A stretch of 64,000 bases of DNA from Eledone cirrhosa. Taxonomy: Eukaryota. Below the pieces are notes generated by a model, which did no database searches, had not been told where the DNA came from, and saw nothing but the letters and a program-made list of their open reading frames with translations. The translations under genes and the position numbers were made by a program. This document shows positions 44,523 through 62,187 of this stretch, one piece after another (the stretch's first letter is position 1; each line of letters starts with the position of its first letter). The stretch spans positions 9,734,001-9,798,000 of the forward strand of contig OZ024742.1 in assembly GCA_964016885.1 (NCBI GenBank), in the 5' to 3' direction.

Positions 44523-47500
44523 AATAACGAGACAACCACACTAACAACGAGACAACCATGCCACCAACGAGACAACCACATCATCAACGAGACAACCACA
44601 CCACCAACGAGACAACCACACTACCAACGAGACAACCACACTAACAACGAGACAACCACACTAAGAACATGTCAACCACACCAACAAATAGACAACAACA
44701 CCAACAACGAGACAACCACACCACCAACGAGACAACCACACCAACAACGAGACAACCACATTAACAACAAGACAACCACACCAACAACGAGACAACCATA
44801 CCACCAACGAGACAACCACACCACCAGCGAGACAACCACACCACCAACGAGACAACCGCACTAACAACAAGTCAACCACAATAACAACAAGACAACCACA
44901 CCACCAACGAGACAACCACACCAACAACGAGTCAACCACACCAACAACGAGACAACCACACCACCAACGAGACAACCACACCACCAACGAGACAACCGCA
45001 CTAACAACAAGACAACCACACCACCAAAGAGACAACCACACCACCAACGAGACAACCACACTAACAAAGAGACAACCACACCACCAACGAGACAACCACA
45101 CCACCGACGAGACAACCACACCACCAGCGAGACAACCACACCACCAACAAGACAACCACACTAACAACGAGACAACCACACCACCAACGAGACAACCACA
45201 ACACCAACAAGACAACCACACCAACAACAAGACAACCACACCACCAACGAGACAACCACACCACCAACGAGACAACCACACCACCAACGAGACAACCACA
45301 CTAACAACAAGACAACCACACCACCAACGAGACAACCACACCTCCAACGAGACAACCACACTAACAACGAGACAACCATACCACCAACGAGACAACCACA
45401 CCACCAACGAGACAACCACACTAACAACAAGACAACCACACCACCAACGAGACAACCACACCAACAACGAGACAACCACACTAACAACAAGACAACCACA
45501 CCACCAACGAGACAACCACACCACCAACGAGACAACCACACTAACAAAGAGACAACCACACCACCAACGAGACAACCACACCACCAACGAGACAACCACA
45601 CCAACAAGGAGACAACTACACCACCAACGAGACAACCGCACTAAGAACAAGACAACCCCACCACCAACGAGACAACCACACCACCAACGAGACAACCACA
45701 CTAAGAACAAGACAACCACACCACCAACGAGACAACCACACCACCGACGAGACAACCACACCACCAGCGAGACAACCACACCACCAACGAGACAACCACA
45801 CTAACAACGAGACAACCACACCACCAACGAGACAACCACACTAAGAACAAGACAACCACACCAACAACGAGACAACCACTACAACAACAAGACAACCACA
45901 CTAACAACGAGACAGCAACACCACCAACGAGACAACCACACCAACAACGAGACAACCACACCAACAACAAGACAACCACACTAACAACAAGACAACCACA
46001 CCACCAACGAGACAACCACACCACCAACGAGACAACCACACCACCAACGAGACTACCGCACTAACAACAAGTCAACCACAATAACAAAAAGAAAACCACA
46101 CTAAGAACAAGACAACCACACCACCAACGAGACAACCACACCACCAACGAAACAACCAGACCACCAACGAGACAACCACACTAACAACGAGACAACCACA
46201 CCAACAACGAGACAACCACACCACCAACGAGACAACCGCACTAACAACAAGTCAACCACAATAACGAAAAGAAAACCACACTAAGAACAAGACAACCACA
46301 CCACCAACGAGACAACCACACCAACAACGAGACAACCACACCACCAACGAGACAACTACACCAACAACGAGACAACCACACCAACAACGAGACAACCACA
46401 GCACAAACGAGACAACTACACCAACAACGAGACAACCACACCACCAACGAGGCAACCACACCACCAACGAGACAACCACACCAACAACGACGCAACCACT
46501 CCAACAACAAGACAACCACACCACCAACGAGACAACCACACCACCAACGAGACAACCACACCAACAACGAGTCAACCACATCACCAACGAGACAACAACA
46601 CCACCAACGAGACAACCACACCAACAACGAGACAACCACACCACCAACGAGACAACCACACCAACAACGAGACAACCACACCAACAACGTGACAACCACA
46701 CCACCAACGAGACAACCACACCAACAACGAGACAAACCACACCACCAACGAGACAACCACACCACCAACGAGACAACCACACCAACAACGAGACAACCAC
46801 ACCACCAACGAGACAACCGCACTAACAACAAGTCAACCACAATAACGAAAAGAAAACCACACTAAGAACAAGACAACCACACCACCAACGAGACAACCAC
46901 ACCACCAACGAAACAACCAGACCACCAACGAGACAACCACACTAACAACTAGACAACCACACCAACAACAAGACAACCACCCTAACAATGAGACAACAAA
47001 CCACCAACGTGACAACCACACCACCAACGAGACAACCACACCAACAACGAGACAACCACACCACCAAAAATACAACAACACCACCAACGAGACAACCACA
47101 CCAACAACGAGACAACCACACCAACAACGAGACAACCACACCACCAACGAGACAACCACACCACCAACTAGACAACCACACCAACAACGAGACAACCCCA
47201 CCAACAACGAGACAACCACACCTCCAACGAGACTACCACACCACCAACGAGACAACTACACCAACAACGAGACAACCACACCAACAACGAGACAACCACA
47301 GCACAAACGAGACAACTACACCAACAACGAGACAACCACACCACCAACGAGGCAACCACACCACCAACGAGACAACCACACCAACAACGACGCAACCACA
47401 CCAACAAGACAACCACACCACCAACGAGACAACCACACCACCAACGAGACAACCACACCAACAACGAGTCAACCACATCACCAACGAGACAACCACACCA

Positions 47501-48815
47501 ACAACGAGACAACCACACCAACAACGAGACAACCACACCACCAACGAGACAACCACACCAACAACGAGACAAACCACACCACCAACGAGACAACCACACC
47601 AACAACGAGACAACCACACCACCAACGAGACAACCACACCACCAACGAGACAACCACACCAACAACGAGACAACCACACCAACAACGAGACAACCACACC
47701 ACCAACAAGACAACCACACCAACAACGAGACAACCACACCACCAACAAGACAACCACACCAACAACGAGACAACCGCACTAACAACAAGTCAACCACAAT
47801 AACAAAAAAGACAACCACACTAAGAACAAGACAACCACACCACCAACGAGACAACCACACCACCAACGAAACAACCAGACCACCAACGAGACAACCACAC
47901 TAAAAGCTAGACAACCACACCAACAACAAGACAACCACCCTAACAACGAGACAACAAACCACCAACGTGACAACCACACCACCAACGAGACAACCACACC
48001 AACAACGAGACAACCACACCACCAAAAATACAACAACACCACCAACAAGACAACCACACCAACAACGAGACAACCACACCACCAACGAGACAACCACACC
48101 AACAACGAGACAACCACACCACCAACGAGACAACTACACCAACAACGAGACAACCACACCAACAACGAGACAACCACACCAACAACGAGACAACCACACC
48201 GCCAACGAGACAACCACACCGCCAACGAGACAACCACACCACCAACGAGACACCCACACCAACAACGAGACAACCACACCACCAACAAGACAACCACACC
48301 ACCAACGAGACAACCACACCAACAACGAGACAACCACACCACCAACGAGACAACAACACCAACAACGAGACAACCACACCACCAACGAGACAACAACACC
48401 AACAACGAGACAACCACACCACCAACGAGACAACAACATCACCAACGAGACAACCACACCACCAACGAGACAACCACACCAACAACGAGACAACCACACC
48501 ACCAACGAGACAACAACACCAACAACGAGACAACCACACCACCAACGAGACAACCACACCAACAACGAGACAACCACACCACCAACGAGACAACAACACC
48601 AACAACGAGACAACCACACCACCAGCGAGACAACCACACCAACAACGAGACAACCATACCACCATCGAGACAACAACACCAACAACGAGACAACCACACC
48701 ACCAACGAGACAACCACACCAACAACGAGACAACCACACCACCAACGAGACAACAACACCAACAACGAGACAACCACACCACTAACAACAAGACAGCCAC
48801 ACTAACAACAAGACA
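44523..48815. repeat. 20-bp minisatellite (ccaccaacgagacaaccaca), about 210 copies
   Basis: Directly visible register of 20 bp. Confidence 0.97.
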
Positions 48816-49480
48816 CCATCATCATCACATCCATCACTACCACCATCACCACCACCATCAACATCACCACCACCATCACCTGCACCATCAGCATCACGAC
48901 CACCATCACCACCACCATCAACATCACCACCATGATCACCACCCCATCACCATCTCCACCACCATCACCACCACCATCACCACCACCATCAACATCACCG
49001 CCACCATCACCAGCACTATCACCACCACCAATACCACCAATACCCCCCCCCCCCCCCCCCCCACCCCCACCACTACCATCCCCCCACCCCACCACTACCA
49101 CCACTACCACAACCACCACCACCACCACAATCACCACCACCACCACCACCAACCACAACTACCACCACCACCACCACCACCACCATCATCACTACCACCA
49201 CCACCACCACCACCAACCACGACTACTACCACCGCCACCACAACCACCACCACTACCACCACTAGCATCACCGCCACCACCCACCACCATCACCAACACC
49301 ACCACCATCACCACCATCCCCCCCACCATCACCGCCACCACCCCACCACCACCACCACCACCACCACCAACCACGACTACCACCACCACCACCACCACCA
49401 TCATCACTACTACCACCACCACCACCACCACCACTACCACCAATACCACAACTACCACCACCTCCACCACCACTACCACC
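48816..49480. repeat. (ACC/ATC)n low-complexity tract
   Basis: Directly visible. Confidence 0.95.
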
Positions 49481-49769
49481 AGGTTTTTCATCGACTCAGA
49501 AGATTCGAAACGGTTTTTCACATTCTTAAAACTGTTATTCCTGCCTCTTGTTTATTGCTTTATGACACTCAGGGAAGATAGAATTAAATATATATATATC
49601 CATATATATATATATATATCGATATATATATATATATATCCATATATATATATATATCGATATATAAGCAAACGGGATTTTCAGTTTGTTGGTAATTCAA
49701 CAAATAGTTAAATAAATATATGTATATAGATATATATATAGCCGGATATGGCTGGAACAAGTAAAAGAG

Positions 49770-49814
<45 letters not shown>

Positions 49815-49902
49815 AAATAGAAGTATGTATAAAAATATATATATATAGAGAGAGTGAAATATAACATAATAGAATATATATTTATTTACATATAAACTAA
49901 TA

Positions 49903-49939
<37 letters not shown>

Positions 49940-50343
49940 TGAAATAAAAGATACATAAATGCATATATATATACAGAGAGGTGAGAGGGGGATGAGAGAG
50001 AAAGAGAGAGGGGGAGAGAGAAAGAAAGAGAGAAAAAGAAAAACGGATATAAAAATAAGATTACACAAAAAATGTATAAATATAAATAAATACATATAAA
50101 AAAAATATCATTTGACATTTTGCACAGACAATTAAATGGCTTTAGAAATGTCTTCTGCTTAGTATATATACTTTTTTTTCTGAATATATTTCTATTTTAT
50201 GTTTATTTTTATATAATTTTAGTTTTCTATAGAATTAAGGAAAGTTTTTTTGTGTTCATACAGCAATGTTTTTTCACTTCCTATCCCTTAACTCAAATTA
50301 TTGCTTTCACGGTGGCTTTTTTTTCACTTCCTTTCATTGTTTA

Positions 50344-50432
50344 TAGTAGTAGTAGTAGTAGTAGTTGTATTAGTTGCTGTAGTAGTAGTAGTAGTAGAAG
50401 AGCAGCAGTAGTAGTAGTAGTAGTAGAGCAGC

Positions 50433-50464
<32 letters not shown>

Positions 50465-50474
50465 CAGCAGCAAC

Positions 50475-50512
<38 letters not shown>

Positions 50513-50578
50513 AGCAGCAGCAGTAGTAGTAGTAGTAGTATTAGTAGTAGTAGTAGTATTAGTAGTAGTGGTAGTAGT
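50344..50578. repeat. (AGT/AGC)n microsatellite
   Basis: Directly visible. Confidence 0.95.
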
Positions 50579-50669
50579 TTTGAGGGGTTTTATTACTTTC
50601 TTCCTTTCCTGTTGCCATCGTCACCTCTGGCCCCGTTCTTTCCCCCTCCGCTCTCGTAACATTCAAACG

Positions 50670-53600
50670 CACACACATAATACTCTCACACACACATAAT
50701 ACACTCACACACACACATACATACTCTCACACACACACATACATACTCTCACACACACACATACATACTCTCACACACACACATACATACTCTCACACAC
50801 ATACACATACATACTCTCTCACACACACACATACATACTCTCTCACACCCACACATACATACAATCACACACACACATACATACTCTCACACACACACAT
50901 ACATACTCTCACACACACACACATACATACTCTCACACACATACAGCTACATACTCTCACACACACATACATACAAGCACACACACACATACATACTCTC
51001 TCACACACACACATACATACTCTCTCACACCCACACATACATACAATCACACACACACACATACATACTCTCTCACACACATACATACTCTCACACACAC
51101 ACACATACATACTCTCACACACATACAAATACATACTCTCTGACACACACACATACATACTCTCACACACACACATACATACTCTCACACACACACATAC
51201 ATTCCCTCTCACACACACAGACATATACTCTCACACACATACACATAATACTTTCACACACACATATACATACTCTCACACACACACACATATACTTTCA
51301 CACACATGCACATATACACTCTCACACACATCCACATAATACTCTCTCACACACATACATACATACTCTCACACACATACACATGCATACTCTCTCACAC
51401 ACACACATACTCTCACACACATACACATACACATATATACTCTCACACACACGCATACACATACATACTCTCACACACATACATACTCTCACACACATAC
51501 ACATACATACTCTCACACATACACATGCAAACTCTCACACACATACACATACATACTCTCACACACACACACACATACACCTATATACTCTCACACACAT
51601 ACACATACATACTCTCACTCATACAATCACCCACGTAGAAACAACACACATCCACACACATAGAAATGCACACACACATCCACATCCACACACATCCACA
51701 CACACAGACATATACACACACATCCAAACACATAAAAATACACACACATCCACACACACACACATACACACACATTGAAATACACACACATACATATACA
51801 CATACACATCCACACACACAGACATACACACACATCCACACACATAGAACTACACACACATCCACACACACATACATACACACACATACATACACATACA
51901 CATCCACACACGCGCAGACATACACACACATCCACACACATAGAAGTACACACACACATACATACACACACCCATCCATACACACAGACATACACATACA
52001 CATCCACACACACAGACATACACACACAACATCCAAACACATAGAAATACACACACACATCCACACACACAGACACACACACACATCCACACACAGAAAT
52101 ACACACACACATCCACACACATAGAAATACACATACACATCGAAACACATAGAAATACACACACACACATCCACACACACAGAAATACACACACACATCC
52201 ATACACATAGAAATACACACACACATCCACACACACAGACATACACACACACATCCATACACATAGAAATACACACACACATCCACACACACAGACATAC
52301 ACACACACATCCATACACACAGACATACACATACACATCCACACACACAGACATACACACACACATCCATACACATAGAAATACACACACGCAAAGATAT
52401 ACATTAATCCACAAATTCTCACTCATTCACGCCCAGTTAAAGACACACATACACACACATACACACTCACAGAAATACACACCACACACATACACACACA
52501 TACACACTCACAGAAATAGACACCATAAACATACACACACATACACACTCACAGAAATACACACCACAGACATACACACTCACAGAAATACACACCACAA
52601 ACATATACACACATAAACACTCACAGAAATAGACACCACACACATACACACTCACAAAAATACACATCACACACACACATATAAACACTCACAGAAATAC
52701 ACACCACACACACACATACACACTCCCAGAAATACACACCACACACACACACATACACACTCACAGAAATACACACCACACACATATACACACATAAACA
52801 CTCACATAAATAGACACCACACACATACACACACATTCACACTCACAGAAATACACACCACACACACACACATACACACTCACAGAAATAGACACCACAC
52901 ACATATACACACATAAACACTCACAGAAATAGGCACCACACACATACACACTCACAGAAATACACACCACACACACACACATACACACTCACAGAAATAC
53001 ACACCACACACATATACACACATAAACACTCACAGAAATACACACCATACACATATACACACATACACACTCACAGAAATAGACACCACACACATACACA
53101 TAATACTTTCACACACACATATACATTCTCTCTCACACACACAGACATATACTCTCACACACATACACATAATACTTTCACACACACATATACATACACT
53201 CACACACACACACACATACTCTCACACACATCCACATAATACTCTCTCACACACACACATACATACATACTCTCACACACATACACATGCATACTCTCTC
53301 ACACACACACATACTCTCACACACATACACATACACATATATACTCTCACACACACACATACACATACTTACTCTCACACACATACATACTCTCACACAC
53401 ATACACATACATACTCTCACACACACACACATACACCTATATACTCTCACACACACATACTCTCACTCATACAATCACCCACGTAGAAACAACACACATC
53501 CACACACATAGAAATACACACACACATCCACACACACAGACACATCCACACACATCCACACACACAGACATACACACACACACACGTCCACACACACAGA

Positions 53601-53843
53601 CATACACACACACATCCAAACACATAAAAATACACACACATCCACACACACACACATACACACACATTGAAATACACACACATACATATACACATACACA
53701 TCCACACACACAGACATACACACACATCCACACACATAGAACTACACACACATCCACACACACAGACATACACATCCACACACGCAGACATACACACACA
53801 TCCACACACATAGAAGTACACACACACATCCACACACACAGAC

Positions 53844-53874
<31 letters not shown>

Positions 53875-55640
53875 AATACACAAACACATCCATACACATA
53901 GAAATACACACACACATCCATACACATAGAAATACACACACATCCACACACAGAAATACACACACACATCCACACACAGAAATACACACACGCATCCACA
54001 CACAGAAATACACACACGCATCCTCACACATAGACATACACACACACACATCCACACACACAGAAATACACACACACATCGATACACATAGAAATACACA
54101 CACACATCCACACACAGAAATACACACACACATCCACACATAGAAATACACACACGCATCCACACACATAGAAATACACACACACACATCCACACACAGA
54201 GAAATACACACACACATCCATACACATAGAAATACACACACATCCACACACACAGACATACACACACACATCCATACACATAGAAATACACATACACATC
54301 CACACACATAGAAATACACACACACACATCCACACACACAGAAATACACACACACATCCATACACATAGAAATACACACACATCCACACACACAGACATA
54401 CACACACACATCCATACACATAGAAATACACACACGCAAAGATATGCATAAATCCACAAATTCTCACTCATTCAATCGCCCAGTTAAAGACACACATACA
54501 CACACATACACACTCACAGAAATACACACCACACACACACATACACACTCACAGAAATACACCCCACACACATACACACACATACACACTCACAGAAATA
54601 CACACCACAGACATACACACTCACAGAAATACACACCACACACATACACACACATACACACTCACAGAAATAGACACCATACACATACACACTCACAGAA
54701 ATACACACCACACACACACATACACACTCACAGAAATACACACCACAGACATACACACTCACAGATATACACACCACACACATACACACACATACACACT
54801 CACAGAAATAGACACCATACACATACACACTCACAGAAATACACACCACACACACACACATACACACTCACAGAAATACACACCACACACACACATACAC
54901 ACTCACAGAAATACACACCATACACATATACACACATAAACACTCACATAAATAGACACCACACACATACACACACATACACACTCACAGAAATACACAC
55001 CACACACACACATACACACTCACAGAAATAGACACCACACACATATACACACATAAACACTCCCAGAAATAGACACCGCAGACATACACACTCACAGAAA
55101 TACACACCACACACATACACACACATACACACTCACAGAAATAGACACCATACACATACACACTCACAGAAATACACACCACACACACACATACACACTC
55201 ACAGACATACACACCACACACACACATACACACTCACAGAAATAAACACCACAGACATATACACACATACACACTCACAGAAATAGACACCACACACATA
55301 CACACACATACACACTCACAGAAATACACACTACAGACACCACACACATACACACTCACATAAATACACACCACAGATATATACACACATACACACTCAC
55401 AGAAATAGACACCACACACACATACACACATACACACTCACAGAAATAGACACCACACACACATACACACATACACACTCACAGAAATAGACACCACACA
55501 CATACACACACTCACAGAAATAGACACCACACACATATACACACTCACAGAAATAGACACCACACACATACACACACTGACAGAAATACACACCACAGAC
55601 ATACACACTCACAAAAATACACAGCATACACATATACATC
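50670..55640. repeat. Compound CA-rich minisatellite array with a higher-order tandem duplication
   Basis: Three sub-arrays (tactctcacac.., catccacacacatagaaata.., cactcacagaaatacacaccac..) in the order A-B-C-A-B-C. Confidence 0.9.
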
Positions 55641-55711
55641 TACAAACGCTCATTCAACCATCCAATCGCCCACTTAGAAATACACACTCACCGACATATA
55701 TAAATATATAA

Positions 55712-55780
<69 letters not shown>

Positions 55781-55790
<10 letters not shown>

Positions 55791-55974
55791 TAAACGGAAT
55801 AGAAAATGGTGACAAATTGTTCGCAGTGAAAAATAGTTTAATTAGGAATAAATGAGAATTAGTAATTGTATTGGTTAGTATTCAGTTGTGGTTTTAAGTT
55901 TTACCGGTTGCGCATTTCTAAATGCTTTTCAAAAATAATTTTGAGATAGAGCGTCCGTGATGTTTGCTCTGATC

Positions 55975-55976
<2 letters not shown>
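55781..55976 (-). repeat. Dispersed repeat, inverted copy of 38738-38931
   Basis: Reverse-complement match with about 3 mismatches. Confidence 0.88.
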
Positions 55977-56053
<77 letters not shown>

Positions 56054-56383
56054 TGGGGACATAGACACACAAAGAAATACACAAACACAGAAACAGAGGG
56101 AGAGTCACACACACACATATATATATATATAAGATTTCACTCACACACTCATACCCACACAGAAATGCACACGAACATAAATATTCACTCACAAACACAG
56201 CACTACACATACATACACCTGGAATCTCGATTGGATCTCCGCCGTTTTCGACGAGGAGTGTTCCAGGCTTTCAATCAGTAGATGTCTGTATATGTGGTAT
56301 TAACGCGTGTCTTAGCATTCCAGAGAGATATGTGTTTTTAGGATAATTTTCTTGGATATTCGTCGTGATTCAGAGACTACAAA

Positions 56384-56803
56384 TCTTTATATATAAAGTT
56401 GTAGTTCCTCTCTGTTTGTTTGTTTGTTCACGAACTCCTCCTATAGTTTTGGAGATAGACCCCCATAACTATATATATTCTGAAACTACATTGCCCAGGG
56501 TACTTGGATAAGTATATTTCATTTTAATCAAAGGGTTCCTCGGAGGCACAAACCCCCGCTGAAAATATTTCCCTTCGATTTATATGAAATTTAAACCATA
56601 TGTAAATGATAAGATATGATGCCTATTCAGCAAATTTCAGCAAATTTCAATAATATAAAGACATTCAAGCATTACATTTTACATTGAGTAATATTGAAAT
56701 GCAGATTTTTTTTCCATAAATTATGTCACTGATTTCAAATCAATCATCATCTTCTTACAAAAATAATGTGTGAAACGCAGCAAGGCGCGGGTAATTCGGC
56801 TAG
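56384..56803 (+). mobile_element. Non-autonomous 420-bp Helitron
   Basis: A|TCTTTATATATAAA start, (TTTG)n near the 5' end, GC-rich imperfect hairpin cgcagcaaggcgcggg, then CTAG|T. Confidence 0.75.
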
Positions 56804-56831
56804 TAAACATATAAACATATACATAATGTAT

Positions 56832-56950
56832 TAATTGTTTCTACTTTAATCACAAGGCCAGCAATTTGAAGGGGATGGGTAATCCAATTCAGTACATTAC
56901 TGGTTCTTTATTTTATCGACCCCGTTAGGATGAAAGGTAGAGCTAAACTC
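56832..56950 (-). mobile_element. SINE 3' fragment
   Basis: aattgtttctacttt..cacaaggccagcaat..atcgaccccg. Confidence 0.75.
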
Positions 56951-57364
56951 TACATAATGTATTAATGCACGGTAAAAAGTCACATACTGTAAACACATAG
57001 AGAAATAATTGTACGTACAGAAAATATGGAATTAGTGAGGCAAACATAAATAACTAAGGGAAATAACTCAAATAAGCTAATGCATGCAATAGTAACTTGT
57101 TTCTACTATTGGGACAATAAGGGAGTTCATACATTGTTGTGTGTGGGAGTATGTGTGTGTGTGTGTGTGTGTGTATGTGTGTGTGTGTGAACGTGTGTGT
57201 CGGTGTCTGTGTTTGTTTGTGTCTGTGCGTGTTTGTGTGTCAGTGTGTGTGTCTGGGACTATGTGTGTGTGTGTGTGTGCGTGTGTGTGTGTGTGTGTGT
57301 GTTGAAGTTTCAGTATTATTAATCTTTTTCTTCTAAAGACTTCCACCCTTGTCATAGTCTAATA

Positions 57365-57530
57365 TGTCACCTCCTGGTGACTCTGCCGAGAGGATGGACG
57401 TTACATTGGCCTGTAGGACAGCGAGGGAGACACTGGAACAGCCACTCCACCTTGCGGGGATCCCAACTGTTGGTGAGGAAGGATGTTATCCGAGCGGCCA
57501 AGAACGCCAGAAGTCTCCACTGACACAGGC
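57365..57530 (-). mobile_element. Second CRE-like RLE retrotransposon fragment
   Basis: Minus strand cagtggagacttctgg.. (VSVETSGVLG) and EWLFQ..SLAVLQAN..SILS; related to 12781-12960. Confidence 0.6.
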
Positions 57531-57545
57531 TCACGAATAATGATA

Positions 57546-57862
57546 ATAATTGTTTCTACTTTAGGCACAAGGCCAGCAAATACTCAGTACATTACTGGTA
57601 CTTTATTTTATCGACCCCGTAAGGATGAAAGGCAAAGTTGACCTCGGCGGGATTTGAACTCAGATCGTAAAGGGACGTAATTATGCTAGAAAACATGGCG
57701 TCCAACCCTCTACCGATACTGCCAATTCACGATATTAATGATTTCTAGAATAGGCACCAGGCCACAATTTTGGGGGAGAAGAAAGTCGATTAAATAAACC
57801 CCAGTGCATTACTGGTACTTTATTTATCGACCCCCCCCCCCCACATAAGGATGAAAGGCAGA
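57546..57862 (-). mobile_element. Full SINE (57546-57730) plus variant SINE fragment (57740-57862)
   Basis: Reverse-complement SINE motifs. Confidence 0.85.
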
Positions 57863-57929
57863 TAATTAAAAGAAAAAGACGTTGGTTGTGGTTAAAAAAC
57901 AGATGTTACAACAGTGGGGTGTATGTGTT

Positions 57930-58445
57930 CGTGGTGGTGGTGGTGGTTGTGGTGATGGTTGTGGCGATGGTTGTGGTGGTGGTGATGGTTGTGGTGGTGG
58001 TGGTTGTGGTGGTAATGATGGTGGTGTTGATGGTTGTGGTGATGGTGGTAGTAGTTGTTGTGATGGTGGTGGTGATGATGGTGGGGTGGAGTGGTTGTGG
58101 TGGTGGTGGTGATGATGATGGTTGTTGTGGTGGTGGTGGTGATGGTGGTGATGGTGGTCGTTGTAGTGGGGTGGCGGTGGGGGTGGCGATGGGGGGGGGG
58201 TTGTGGTGGTGGTGATGATGATGGTTGTTGTTGTGGTGGTGTTGGTGGTTGTGGTGGTGATGACGGTGGTGGTGGCAGTGGAGGTAGTGGAGGTAGTGGT
58301 GGTGATGGTGTATATGGTGGTGATGGTGTATGTGGTGGTGATGTTTGTGGTGGTGATGGTTGTGGTGGTGGCGGTGTTGATGTTGTTGATGGTGTATGTT
58401 GTGAAGGGTGTGGATGGTGGTGGTGGTAGTGGTGGCGATGGTGTA
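57930..58445. repeat. (GGT/GAT/GTT)n low-complexity tract
   Basis: Directly visible. Confidence 0.95.
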
Positions 58446-58894
58446 TATGATAGAGTTCATTGCAATATTAGAAGGGGAGAGATGTGGGGCAGACTTATTA
58501 GTAGTGTGTTGTAGGATATATTGTTGATGTCAATGTTGGAGTGGATAATGTGTGAGAGACCAGTTGAACAGTGGCGGAGATGGAGAGATTATACATATAG
58601 AGAGAATGGCGATAAATAAATACACTATATTCATATACACACACATACACATGTACATACACATACACGTGTGCACATGTGTACCTAGACAAAACACATA
58701 TAATATACAAACATATACACACGCACACATACATACACACATATATATATATAGATATGTGTGTGTGTGTGTGTGTGTGTCTGTGTGTGTCAATACATGT
58801 ATATATATGTAAACATACAAATATGTATATATTGGTAATGTTTTCATATATGCGTAATACAAACATAAACATATACAGAGATAGACACACACAA

Positions 58895-59035
<141 letters not shown>

Positions 59036-59562
59036 GAGAGTGACGGAGGAGGTGTAAGTGTGGAATAGAGAGTGAAGGAGTGGGGGCTATTAATGCAGAT
59101 GTCGATGGCGGCAATCGGAGAGACGACATAATGTAATTGTGTTTTGCTTAAAAAGAAAGTTCCTTTAGCGGCATTGATTTATTTAAATTTCATTTGAAAG
59201 ACGTACACAGTTTAATATGTAGAGAAATGTATACACTCGTGCATGTATATATACTCACTAATACACAATGAACATACACACACATACAGCAGCTTTCTAA
59301 GACACACTTGAAAACATACCATCGGTTACAGACACAAATATACTTGTGAACATTTCTATTTATATATATTTATACATATGTATACACATCCATAGGCATA
59401 CAAATATATTATATGCGTATAATGTATATCTATAAACAGACATACAGCTCGACACTCACATATACACACACGCATAAATCTTGCTCTCTTTCTCTTCATG
59501 TATATATATATATATATATATATATACAAAAGCTAAGAATACCTATGTATACTGGTTCAAAA

Positions 59563-59619
59563 GTTCAATTTATTTATCAACCCCCCTCCATGGAGGGGGC
59601 GTTAATAAATAAATTGAAC
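59563..59619. repeat. 57-bp near-perfect palindrome
   Basis: gttcaatttatttatcaacccccctcca|tggagggggcgttaataaataaattgaac, with one mismatch and one bulge. Confidence 0.85.
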
Positions 59620-59653
<34 letters not shown>

Positions 59654-59661
59654 ATACATAT

Positions 59662-59703
<42 letters not shown>

Positions 59704-59859
59704 GTGTGTGTGTATATATGTGTGTGTGTGTGTGTGTGTATATACAGACACACACACATACATATATATTCATAGATAAATATACATAAATACATGTGTA
59801 TAGATACAGACACATATATATTCATAAATATATTATTTATATATATGTATGTATATATA

Positions 59860-59892
<33 letters not shown>

Positions 59893-60158
59893 ATGTCTGT
59901 ATATGTAGTTATATAAATATATATATATATATATATACACACATACATATATATATGTATTACACAATAACCTAATTGGTGAACGAGCACAACATTGTAA
60001 GAGTTGTGGCGAGGTTTTGCGGTATTGTGTAAAATGTTCGGTGGTGACTGCCTCCAATATCGACATTTTTCTAGACAGTTTCTTCAAACTATTGTTTTAC
60101 TCCTTTAACGAATACCAATAATAATAACAGCAGCAGCAGCAACTACAACAACAATAAA

Positions 60159-60201
<43 letters not shown>

Positions 60202-60470
60202 TTAATAATATTAATAATATTATTAATAATTGAACATTTCAAATGTAAAATAAAAGTAAAAAGAAGATAGCTAACAATAATAGATCTAAATAATAACGAT
60301 AAGGAAAATAAAACAATAGCTTTATAAAAGAACATCAAATATAAATTGTATAATATATAAGACAAAATGTTATAAAACTTTGTTAAATCGACTATCTTTG
60401 ATACCAAAGTTTTACAACGGAAAAGAAGAAAATTGTGTCAGCCATTTTGAAAAGACATACACACACACGT

Positions 60471-60559
<89 letters not shown>

Positions 60560-60719
60560 TATATTTACATACATATGCATTTATATGAGTATATATACAT
60601 TTAAATATATATATATGTGTATATATGTATATATTTATATATATATATGTGTATATATATATATATATATATAAATACATACATGCAAACATACATACAT
60701 ACATACATACATACATACA

Positions 60720-60751
<32 letters not shown>

Positions 60752-61009
60752 AGTTATATATACATACGTATATACAGATATATGTTAAATATATCTGTCT
60801 GTAGGTATGTGTGTAAACGAAATAACAGTAAAATGATTTAATGATAGAAATAAAAGGAATGAAAAAAGACTGTAAAATAATGATGTCTTTATTTGAAAGA
60901 AAATAAAAGACGGGAAGGTTAACAAGAAATAATATTTCTAGCTTGCTAGAAGATCGTAAATGTCCCTGATCGTTTCACAGAATATTCAATAAAATCACTT
61001 ATCAAGAAT

Positions 61010-61970
<961 letters not shown>

Positions 61971-62117
61971 TAAACACGTCGTATTTCGATTTATGATTTT
62001 TTTTCAGATGTTCTTCTCACTCTGGACAAAAGAGAGAGACTAAGTGAAACATGTCGTCTGCGTTGGTTTGTGTGAAGATGGTGGAAATAATGAAATGAAA
62101 AGAGTAGCATTGAGAGA

Positions 62118-62129
62118 CGTGTGTGTGTT

Positions 62130-62187
<58 letters not shown>

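Noticed and set aside
44520-49711. Long mucin-like, Pro/Thr-rich and Val/Trp-rich ORFs
   Set aside because: They come from a 20-bp unit (not a multiple of 3) and trinucleotide tracts that are open in several frames on both strands.
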